A stretch of DNA of 63,814 nt, the filler included, from Rozella allomycis CSF55 (lineage: Eukaryota), in assembly GCA_000442015.1 (NCBI GenBank). It is 6 parts of 6 records of this genome, joined end to end, with 100 filler letters (N's around TTAATTAATTAA, not from the genome) between each part and the next. Parts side by side here need not be neighbours in the genome. Positions count along the whole stretch, not along the records: positions 1 to 19,690 come from KE560881.1; positions 19,791 to 47,905 come from KE560886.1; 4 more parts are not named here. One strand, 5' to 3'. This document shows, piece by piece, positions 12,799-23,600 of the stretch (position 1 is the stretch's first letter; the number at the start of each line of letters is the position of its first letter). The notes beneath the pieces are model-generated. The model made no database searches and was not told the DNA's origin. It saw only the letters and a program-made list of their open reading frames with translations. The translations under genes and the position numbers were made by a program.

Positions 12799-14706
12799 AT
12801 GTTAAAGGAAAGAGTTGTTTTCATCAGTTTAGTATTAGCATTTAGTATTTTGCTGTCTATATTTTTAGTTGAATATTCCGAGGATCAAGGGGGCTTGGAA
12901 TATGCAACTCTTGCAAACGAACCTCAGACTATGAACCATTTTGAAGTTATTGAAATAAAGCCACAAGACAAATGGAAAAAGAGATTGGAGAATCCTATAA
13001 TAATAAATCGTGCAAGTAGTGAATATAGTGAATTTTGGAAAAAGCAGGAGAAACTTGACTTTGGTTCAATATTAAGGCTTGATTTTACGAAAATGGATAG
13101 AGATACAGTCAAATCTAAAATAGAAGATATAATGTTTGATAATATCAGGCGTACTTTTGGAGATCCTGGTCAATACAGAATGGTCGAGGGTGATGATTAC
13201 CTTGTTACAAGCGATGGGGCGTCAAAACATATTCAATTTGTAGATGCCTTTAGTCTTGAAAAATTTCCTGACATGTATGCTGTTATATACTCAATAATTA
13301 TACGAGTGGATAAAACTAAAGTTCCAAAGTTAATGGTATTTGATCCGCCATTGTTTGCTCGAAATGTTGCATTGCACGTTCTTACTCAAGGAGTGTTCAT
13401 ATCTGAAATTTTAATTAACGGGGTGTTTGTTAATAATAATTATAGAAAAAATGGATACCGAATATCAAATCACTATCATCAATTACGGGTACGCAAGTTC
13501 CCACTAGCTCAATTTCGAGGCGATAGAGATTCATCTAAAGCGGGTACTATAGTGAGAAAATATCCAAATTACTATATTGATATTTACAAAAACGACGCAG
13601 AAGATATTTTAAGCGCTGGAAACAAGTATTTTAGTGATGTTCATTTGAGTTACTCTGTGGCTCTAGGAAATGTTCATTTTGGAACTACTATTGGGAATGG
13701 TCCAAGAAAGTAAGCAACATTTAACATTATAATAGGCAATTTTTAACTGATTATTTTGAAATGGGATCGAAGAAATATTTCGAGATTCAAAAGGAAGGTG
13801 ACGGAACATATGATCTGAAGGCTGCACCATTGAACAAGGATTTAAGAAATCAGTATATGAGAGAACTTTCTTTGTTTGGTTATTTAATTATGGAATCTAT
13901 TTCCGAAGGTGTTCACGTCCCACTCAAGTTTCGTGATTGGGTATATAAAAAGATAATGCACAATTCAAAAGCGACATTGGATGATTATAAAACATATGAC
14001 ATTCATGGATACAATGGAATGATGGCAATGAAAAATTATAATGATGAGGAACTTCAATATGTCGATGAATCCTTGACTCGTGATAATATTGATGAATACA
14101 TCGTTAACGAAATTAACGAAAGACTTATGAGAGTTGATGAATGGGAAGCTTTTATTTCAGGGTTGTTAGTTTTTATTGATTTTGATCAAACTTTTGAAAC
14201 ATATTTTGCTCAAAATGGTAAAATTCCGCCTCTGAGTTTCCTACACGTAAAATTAGTGGGATTTTTTTCAGTTTAGGATACTTTGGAAACAAAAATATTG
14301 ATTGAAATTGATGACTGGAAAAAACACACTAGACTTTCCAATTGTGGACCCGATGATAAACAAGTGGAATATTTTTGGCAAGTAATAAGCGATGATTTTA
14401 TGAATTAGTTTTTGCAAGATGCTACCCAAGAAGAGCGACAAAAAGTGCTGTATTGGACCACTGCAATTCGATCGTTGCCTCCAAACGGGTTTTCGGGAAT
14501 CAATCAATTGTTTGTTATCGAATGCACTAACACTAGCCTTTGTCAGGATGATTCAGCTCCTCTTCCTACAACTTCCACATGGTAATTTATTAGTTGTATA
14601 AATATGCAGCTTTAATACAATCAAGTTATGCCGATACAAAAATCAAGAATTGTTAAAACGAAAATTGTTGCAAGCGGTCGAAAATACCTCCTTTGAATTA
14701 CTCTAG
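12799..14706 (+). CDS. HECT-domain E3 ubiquitin ligase with N-terminal hydrophobic signal/anchor, 5 introns
   Basis: GNGPRK|QFL, FGYLIMESI, FWQ|FLQDATQEERQKVLYWTT, LPTTSTC|FNTIKL (catalytic Cys codon TG|C split by a 28-nt intron) and KLLQAVENTSFELL*; N-terminus VVFISLVLAFSILLSIFLV. Confidence 0.85.
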
Positions 14707-15572
14707 AAAAGGGCTACCGAAAAATGTCACTTCTAAGTTATTTTTGAAGCTACTCCAATAAATCGTTTTAAATTGAAACTTAAAGTTGAAGTCCCTAAAT
14801 CAGGATACAATCCTTTAATTATTATCTTTGGTTCATCAATCAATAAAGGAAAAGCGGTGCATCTCGAATTCACCGATACCTTTCTTTGTTCGGTTAATCT
14901 ACAGGTTGATGATCAGTATCATTTCAAAATGGCTCTCGGTTAATGGGAAAATTGGCTGACATATAACATTTCGGGTAAATTCGCAATACGATTTCTTTTC
15001 TATTTTGAATCTTCAGGTGATATGAACATGAATTACCCTTAAGGCAGTCAGCTATCTTCTGCAATATCAGTGTCTTAGTCTATTTTAGTCTAAAGATGCG
15101 TTTCTTTCTTGAGATATACGAATTACCATCATCTTTGTCCCTTTAACTATTCGCCTATGTATTCATCGGCCAAATCCATCTTACTCTACGTCTTATTCCA
15201 CGTATTCGACCACAGAATTCGATCCGACCTCAAGTTACTCAATGAAATTGAACCCTCCTTTTCTACGACTACATCTAAATATGCGATTGAAAGGCCTCAA
15301 TTTCGAAAACTATAATCAATGTCTATGTCCGTGCATACCTTCAGCCTAGCGCCCGCCTCCTCGTCAAAAATGTCCATTCGGTAATCACCTTTATCCTATT
15401 CCTCTACAGGGAAGGTTTACCTCTTCAGCTGATTTTAAATGTCCCATCACTTATAATGCAAGAAGAATTTTGAGAGTTGTTTTGCCATCAATCCAGTTTC
15501 ACATTATTGTAATCACCTGTTGATTCCGTTCCACATTTGAGATTTCATGTAACAAGTAGCAACCGAGTCAAA

Positions 15573-16991
15573 ATGGAATTTTCAAATCCGGAGCCGTATT
15601 GGATCCTCAATACTAAAAAAAGCGATGTTGCAACAAATTTCAAAAATAATCGTCTCAGTCGAATGAAGAAAGATGGCAAAGACAACAGTGTCGTCGACGT
15701 TAATGGAATATGTTCTTACATCAAGACATTAGATTACAAGAAAACCATAATAGAAGATGAAGATTTGCATTTTGATTTCATGTCGCAATTAAGTTCATTT
15801 TGCCATAAAGAGCCGAAAAAGGTAGCGAAACACAAAACAAAGCCCGTCAGGTTAAAGCCTATCGATGCTGTTGTGAAAGTGAAGGAGGGGAAAGTAAATG
15901 ATGTTAAACCCCAAAACAATCAAGATCAAGTGGAGGAAGATGGGCAGAATTTTAAGAGTATTCCGTACGACCATTCGCTGGCCAAAGACTTGCTATCAAA
16001 ATTGCCTCATGCACGAACTAAACTTGAACTTAGACAGTTATACCATTTGCTGAAACAATTACCAGCATTTTCGAAGCTTTCGGCATTTGTGTTGGAGCAA
16101 CTATGTAGTGTGATGCATTTTAACTATTCAGATGCTGATCGAGTAGTATTTCTGCAGGGCGATGTAGGTACTTCATGGTATGTGATTCTCAAGGGAAAGG
16201 TCAGTGTCAGTGTGTCTAAAACTGGACAAGCGACGGATGCGGTGGTAGTGAAAATATTGGGAGAGGGCGAAGGATTTGGAGACCTTGCATTGATTAATGA
16301 TAAGCCAAGGGCGGCTACTATAATAACAATCGAGAATTGTGAATTTGCTCGGATAGAAAAGGATGACTATAATAGAATTTTAAGGTTTCTGCATGATAGG
16401 GATATTAAGCAAAGAAGTAAAATGTTGTATAATTTGAAAGAATTTGAAAAATGGACACCGGAAGCAATGAAACAAATTGCTGGATTATTTGATATTAAAA
16501 AGTATAATAAAGGACAGATTATCATACGGGAGAATGAAAAGGCAGATAATTTCTTTATCGTAAAGGGAGGATTGTGCGAAGGATCGAGATTGTATCTCGG
16601 GGAAGATAAACCAAAAAGTGTGATCGTGGAAAGATTTGATGCACGAGACTATTTTGGAGAGAGATGTTTTAATCGATCTATTGATGGATCCATTGTTACT
16701 TATGGGGTTACAATAAGGGCGATAGACGATGTAACGTTGATAGTTTTCTCGGGGTATGATGCTGTGACACGATTTAACAATACATTTATAGCTCGAAAGT
16801 ATTTGAAATGGACGCAAGATGATTTAAAGATATTGTATCAACAACAATGTGAAAACGATAGAATGAGAAGGGAGAAGAGCAAAATATTGAATGGAGTGAT
16901 TAAAGAGAGGCACAAAGATCCTGCTAGATTGTATAAAGGAAATATGACCAATGATCAATTGAAATTTCAAAAATGTGTTTGGCATTACTAA
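15573..16991 (+). CDS. Cyclic-nucleotide-binding domain protein with two CNB domains (CNBD-like)
   Basis: VVFLQGDVGTSWYVILKG, FGDLALINDKPRAATI (intact phosphate-binding cassette); second domain IIRENEKADNFFIVKGG...YFGE. Confidence 0.85.
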   Translation: MEFSNPEPYWILNTKKSDVATNFKNNRLSRMKKDGKDNSVVDVNGICSYIKTLDYKKTIIEDEDLHFDFMSQLSSFCHKEPKKVAKHKTKPVRLKPIDAVVKVKEGKVNDVKPQNNQDQVEEDGQNFKSIPYDHSLAKDLLSKLPHARTKLELRQLYHLLKQLPAFSKLSAFVLEQLCSVMHFNYSDADRVVFLQGDVGTSWYVILKGKVSVSVSKTGQATDAVVVKILGEGEGFGDLALINDKPRAATIITIENCEFARIEKDDYNRILRFLHDRDIKQRSKMLYNLKEFEKWTPEAMKQIAGLFDIKKYNKGQIIIRENEKADNFFIVKGGLCEGSRLYLGEDKPKSVIVERFDARDYFGERCFNRSIDGSIVTYGVTIRAIDDVTLIVFSGYDAVTRFNNTFIARKYLKWTQDDLKILYQQQCENDRMRREKSKILNGVIKERHKDPARLYKGNMTNDQLKFQKCVWHY

Positions 16992-17505
16992 ATAAACTAC
17001 CACATTTCCATCTAGGATCAATTCTTGTAAAGTGCCTTTTTCACTTTTCCCATTTTACAATGCGTCATCAATTAATGTGAATAGCTAGAAACCACTCAGT
17101 ATATTTTATACGCGAGATTTATATGTTTGAAAGAAGCCTTTTTAGAAAGTATTTGACGATGTGGTACCATTCCGTTCCATGCACGGTCAAGATCTGGATT
17201 TTCGTTAACCACTGAATATTGAATTACATGCTTTGGTAATTTTATTCCAGCTAATGTTGAATTCGTTAGTTTGAAAGCGTCGATGCCAATCCGTCATAAA
17301 AAAATAAAAGACTTTCATTTTTAGGCAGAAATTAGTCTCCCAAATTGCTTCAATTCGCTCATAATAAATTTCATAACTCGGTTTGTTCCGATTAAATGAG
17401 TGGTGGTTAAAGTAGGCACAGGAGCTTGGAAGGTGAAGCATTAGCAGGTGCTAGTAATCCACTGCAGTGACTGAAAACGTACCAACAAAATGCTTGGAAA
17501 ATTGT

Positions 17506-19690
17506 TTATTGCAATTCAAGAAAAAGACGATCAGCAAATGAAGGACCAAAAGCCGCACGAAGGGAATGCCTATCCAAGACTATGCAATTCTTTGGGATTT
17601 CGTTTGACATTGACACAAGACAATCATTTGTGCCTACTATTTCTTCATCAGTGGTTGCATTGCGCCTCAAGACATATACAAAGAAGACTTTATCTAAAAA
17701 TTATAACGCACAAATTCTTTACCGCTGCGATTTTCTTTCACTGCCAAACTATATCTTTTTTGAAGATTGGCAAGTCCATCCGGACTATATCTTGTCTCAT
17801 AGCAGAACACAGCCTGGAATTGATTATCCTTCATCTCTTCAAAACAAGTAGTTCTGTAAAAGAATTCAAAGCCAGGATTACTTTCCTCACAATGATAGAA
17901 CACATTGTCCGTTATTTCGTGATTTTTCGCAAGAGAAACAAATCCATATGGATCTGTACCCAAGACCAAATGCAAATCTTGAAATGTCTTTGTGCATAAG
18001 GGATAGAGATCATTTATGGATAAGACCTGTGTTCCTTGCGCTTGATGCAAGAGTCGCACAAGAGCTTCCCAAAGACCAAAAGCCTTATCAAATCCCATAA
18101 CCGGCGTCATTTTGACAGTTGTTCTGTCGCGACCACCGAGTAACAAGCTTAGAGTTCTTCCGATGGTCAACAACAATGAATCATTTGTTTCTCTACTGTA
18201 CAAACATTTGTCTGCAAATAGTGAGAGTTGTAAAGGTGAAATGACAGGAACAAATAATGGTTTGTCTGGCTCAAATGAATTGAAAAATCCACCCTGTGCA
18301 ACCAGTTCTTCACAATTGTGATCGCAACCTTCAAGAACAAGCGAGGGACAAACTTGTCGCTTGAGTAAAGCTGCAGAAACGATTGACAAAGTTATTTGCC
18401 TTGCGTATCCATAGTCTTGGAATCTAAATTTCAATAATGTCAAAAGAGTAGTGTAATCATTACACCATGCATTTTTCAACGTAATTGATAGAAGTTCAAG
18501 AGCTCGAGGACTAATAATCAGTAAATACAATATAATTACCTTCCCCCACAATCAGAAATCAAATAGTCCAAGCATGGCAGATTTTCATATTGGGGAACAA
18601 ACAAGGAACGGGCATCATTAAACTCCAATGTTTTCAACGCTAACCAGATGATCCATCTGCCAGCCCTGGTAAGACATTCAGATGTATTTATTGGTGAGAC
18701 AACAGACGAGGTGAGAATGGTGTAGCCATTGCGATGATTAAGCACAGCCCCCAACTTAGTAAGAATATTATTCAAATCATCATTAGTATTAGCGATGTTA
18801 TCCGCAAGAACAACTATTCTCTCTTTACCAGACCTCTGACGGATTATGCTACAAGCATCAGAAACGTTTAACCAAGAAAACTTGGCTTTATAACAGTTTA
18901 AGAATATGTGGAACGGAATTTGTTCCTCAATAAAATAGCTACCATCGACAAGGTATAATCGTATTTACCTGTACACTAAACGTGCGGCTACTTGAATCAT
19001 TGCACAATCATCAAAATAACTTGAGATAATTTTCTTTACTTCCTTTGGATCTCCAGAGTGTCGCAGATTTTCATCAAGGTATTGTTGATCAAAGACATGG
19101 CCCTTGTCGTAGTCTTTAAATTGAATGGGAACATAGACAGTGTTATCGTTCAAAGCTTGTCTTAAAGTGCTTACCTGTTCACCACCTTAAATTGAAAAAC
19201 AACCTTTATACATTACCCTTAACAAAGTCCATCAGATCGCCTTTGATATGGCATAAATGATCAATAATACGAGATTTTCCGCCGCCTGCATACGCGTGCA
19301 AGCAAATGTGACGACATCCCATTCGTATTTCATCAGGTCTGATGGGGTGCATCACTTCACGACGCAAAAATTCTGATGCAATTCGCCCAAGAACTTGGTC
19401 TCTGCCAACCAGATCAAATTCGTGGGATGCCAACTGATGTATTTTGGTAAAATCGGTTTTCAGCATACATCCACAGGCAGCTTTGATATCACTTTCAAAT
19501 TGTTGCACTCTCGGTTTCCAGTAATTTTTTTCAAAAGCCGCTAAATGTTACAATAAAATTGATAATAAATACTAGATACTAGCTCTACTTCCCGCTGCAC
19601 TACAATTATGCGCAAGAAATCATTGTTACCTCTCTTTTCTTTTAAAAGTATCAAGTGCTTCTTTTTCTTCACCAACAGGTTTAAATCATT
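17506..19690 (-). CDS. Crinkler-type (CR) effector: P-loop NTPase + restriction-endonuclease-like domain; 5' end lost in gap
   Basis: Hand-spliced: Walker A AYAGGGKSR, Walker B-like IVVLADN, DCGG|SPRALE, FGLWEALV, NPGFEFF...YETRYS and terminal IPKNCIVLDRHSLRAAFGPSFADRLFLELQ*, typical of CR-NTPase/CR-REase effectors; 29-nt introns. Confidence 0.72.
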
Positions 19691-19734
19691 NNNNNNNNNN
19701 NNNNNNNNNNNNNNNNNNNNNNNNNNNNNNNNNN

Positions 19735-19746
19735 TTAATTAATTAA
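19735..19746. other. Artificial six-frame stop linker TTAATTAATTAA inside N-gap (also 47950-47961, 49088-49099, 59477-59488, 62688-62699)
   Basis: Identical 12-mer embedded between N runs five times; stops in all six frames. Confidence 0.97.
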
Positions 19747-19792
19747 NNNNNNNNNNNNNNNNNNNNNNNNNNNNNNNNNNNNNNNNNNNNAG

Positions 19793-20600
19793 ATGCAATT
19801 AGAGGAGCATTATAATTCGCTGCAAGAAGAAATTGAAAAGAAGACGATAAAATTGGAAAAGATGGTGAAAAAGATCCAAACGACGAAATCTGAGATTCAT
19901 GATTTGCAAGAGGAGTTTAGGAATGAGAGAGAAGAATTGATGGAAGCGATTAGAGAGATTTCAAAAGAAATTTTATTAAAGCAGACAATTATTGATAATT
20001 TTATAACAAAAGAAGAGGTTTATAAAGTGCAGCAGAGATCGATATTTAACGAGGAAACGGAAGAGTGGGAGATAATTTCGTATGCAGAGATGAATCAGCA
20101 AAATAAGCTGGCGAGACCGAAATCAGAGTTTAGACTTCCCATGAGTTTGTTGGCAAAGGAACAAGTAGCGAATGGAAATAAGAATCCAAGATTTAGGCAT
20201 GAAAACATTCTAGTTGTTCCGTTGGATATGCCAGAGAGAATGACAAGAGATTATATTAGAAAAAATGTGANGGAAAAACTGGATCAAAAGATATAAAGAA
20301 CCAATTGCTTGTAGGAGGTGAAGGAATATGATAATTTCGTATGCAGAGATGAATCAGCAAAATAAGCTGGCGAGACCGAAATCAGAGTTTAGACTTCCCA
20401 TGAGTTTGTTGGCAAAGGAACAAGTAGCGAATGGAAATAAGAATCCAAGATTTAGGCATGAAAACATTCTAGTTGTTCCGTTGGATATGCCAGAGAGAAT
20501 GACAAGAGATTATATTAGAAAAAATGTGATTGAAAAGCCAATTAATAAAAAGAAGAGCGAAGATTTGACAATATCAGCGAGCGCTTATCAAAAATTTTGA
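19793..20600 (+). CDS. Kinesin-2 (KIF3/KIF17-type IFT motor) C-terminal stalk/tail, partial; last ~200 nt duplicated across a single-N junction
   Basis: YNSLQEEIEKKTIKL, EIHDLQEEFRNEREELMEAIR, IIDNFI, NPRFRHENILVVPLDMPERMTRDY. Confidence 0.88.
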
Positions 20601-20687
20601 ATAGATTAAATTGAAATGGTTTGAAATAGATATAAATAAAAACATTTAAAATAAAGATTTAGTTTGTTTAAAATTAACATTTATTGT

Positions 20688-23600
20688 TTAATTAGAATCC
20701 AATTTTGATCTCTTTTGCTTTTTGAATGATGCAAGGGTATTTTCATATTCTTTTAATGAGTGTATAAACGATTGAATAATGACAGTCAAGTGGGACTCTT
20801 CATCCAATTCATCAACATCGATTTCCTTGTAATCTTTGACATCTTCCAATTCCTTGAAATTCATTTCTTTGTAATCTGTGAATATGGAATGAAGAATGTT
20901 TAATAGAATCAATTTTGAATGAATGGGTAATTTAGATTTAACTAAATCCCTAAATTCCTTGTGAGTATTTGAAAAAGTCTTTTTGAATTTTATAAATTTA
21001 GGATCATCAATTGGAATATCGTCAATGATTTGCAATGTATTTTCATAACTATTTTGATAGATTGTTATTCTTGCTTTTTCAAGCCACTTCTTTAAGGAAT
21101 TTACTATTCTATTAGACAGCAACAAAGATTCAACAACATCTATTTTATTTCCACCTTCATTTACATTATCACTATTTATTTCGCTCAATAGATGAGAAAT
21201 TGAAATTGTTGGAATTATAGAATTTTCATTTGTAGATTCTAGAATGTATAGATCAGATTTATATTCAAGTAAATCTAAATCAGTTTCAAGATCAAAGTCA
21301 TCTTTAGGTAGGAGATGATTGTTCAAAGGTAAAGTATTTAAAGCAAAAATGACTTTTAATTGATTTAATCTTGAAATAAAAAAGTCTTCATCATCTAAAG
21401 AATAATTGTATTGATTAAACCACGAGCCTAATTCATCATTATGCATCAATGATAGAAATTTACAAAGTGTACCAAGTTCTCTATTTAATCCATGATCATT
21501 CTCAGATATCCCATTTAAATGTTCAAAGAATAGAACATTATAAAGGGGATAAATGTGATTAAATAAAAGAGATTTTGTTACAATAAGATCAACCAAGCCA
21601 CCCTTGTGTAGAGTTAATTGACAAAGAATCAATCTTTCTAATAAATAGATGACAGACAAAGGATCAAAATCTTCAAAATAATTATAATAAATATCTTGTA
21701 TGATGCGACTATATTGATTTGTGCAGCCAAGAACTCTGTAGAATAAGAGTTCTGGTCGAATCGTTGATTTGAGAATATCTGAAATTTTCTTGAATGAACT
21801 TTCCAAATTTTCATGAATTATTTTAAAGATGAAATAGCCGCTTTGAAAAGAATTATAAACCAACAATTGGTGGATTAAATAGAATGAAAATTTTAATGGA
21901 AAAGATTTCATTCTTAAAACAATTGAACAAGAAGAAAGAAATTCAGATAAAATAAATTTAAATTGTTTTTGATTTGAAGATTGATTTAGAACCAGGGTTG
22001 AATATTTTATCATTAGATTTGAAAAAGTTGAAATTAAATTAAAATGAAAATTATTTTCAATATCTGAAATGTCAGAAAATGTCAGAATGCAATTCTTCAA
22101 TTTTAAAAGAATTTCCATTTGATCTACAAAACATTTTTCTTTAAAGAAATTATCCAACTCTTTTGTTAAATTAGATTTGTCTTGAATTTCATTAGAAGTT
22201 TTTAAACTATCATTAGAAGCATTTACAGTAACAGTGTCACTACATGAGTCCTTTAAAGTATTAACATCACTTTGTTCATTAGACTTTGAATTGCTAATAT
22301 CCACTGGCGCACATTCATTGTTATTATTCAACGTATCTTTAACAGTAATTTCCTTACTCTCTTTATCTTCATTAACACTATTGAATTCAACAATGTCGCT
22401 GCCTTCACTAGTCACATTGGAATCATTAGCATCATTAACTAGAACTGTATCACTACATTCAACAACTGTATCACTACAATCTTTGCTATCAACACCTTCA
22501 ACAACTGTATCACTACATTCTTTAACGTCATTAGCAACATTAACAACAGTAACTTCTTCAACTTTAGCAACATTAACTTGTTTATTATCATCTTTATCCA
22601 CTTTAGCAACATTAACTTGTTTATTATCATCTTTAACAACTATATCATTAACAACTTTGGCTATTAACTCTCCATTAATCAATTCAACATTGAAATTTAT
22701 TAAAGCAAAGTATGAAATAATTTCACCGACAAATTTAGATTTAAAATTATTTGAAATTTTATTAATGCTTGTCAGAAAAGAAGATTTCTCTAAATTTTTA
22801 AAACTTTTGTTCAAATTTGAATGCCAACCATAAAGTTTAACATAATCTCCATTTTTATTAACATTCAAGAATCCAAAATTTCTGTAAAATAAAATATTCT
22901 TGTGTTCATTAAATTGATCTGTCAACATTTTATTAATAAAATCAAAATATTCAAAATTAAACAATTTAAATGATTCACAAACATTAATAAAATCTTTAAA
23001 TTTTGATTCTTTAATTAAATAGTAAATTCTTGTAAAAATAATCAATTTGAAATAAAGTGGATCTATTTTGGAAATTTCCAGATCTAACATTTTCAATAAT
23101 TCTAAAACATTCCTTTCAGTAAACAATCTACCAAAAACTTTATAATCTTTGTTTTTCAATATTTCATCAATTATCAAATTTTCATTATTTAAATCAAATT
23201 TAAATTGATAAATAGAATATGAACTAATTAAAGTCTTGAACATTAAATCTGGATAATCCTTTTTTAATTCAGAGCTTTTAGAAACAATCATTGCAGCTCT
23301 TTCAATGTTATCAGCTTTATCCACTAAAAGATCAACACACAATCGTTTATTTCCTTTTTGTTCCAAATGATCAATGTAATTGTTTATATAATCTTGGTTT
23401 TCATCCAACAATGAATAAATAAAATCTTTTTCTTTTATTTCATCAATCACTCTACCAGCTGACAAACCAGTAGTGATTTTAGCACTCCCTTCAACCTTTT
23501 CTTTAACATCTCCTTTCCCTTGAAGCTTTTCCCTTTCCACGCTTTCTCTTTGTAACCTTTCCTTGTCTCTCTTTTCCTTTTCTATTAAATAATTGGCAAT

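Noticed and set aside
17490..17999. Plus-strand ORFs of 169 and 89 aa and many other antisense ORFs (e.g. 22234-22833, 26131-26616, 49621-50037)
   Set aside because: Shadows of well-supported genes on the opposite strand; no motifs of their own.
19691..19790. Palindromic TTAATTAATTAA repeated five times in the window
   Set aside because: Always flanked by N runs; an artificial contig-joining linker. Gene neighbourhood across these points is not evidence of synteny.
20271..20600. Apparent tandem duplication of the kinesin tail, preceded by a KDIKNQLLVGGEGI piece
   Set aside because: Identical copy starting at a single N, and the inserted piece looks like an upstream part of the same kinesin; most likely a chimeric contig end.
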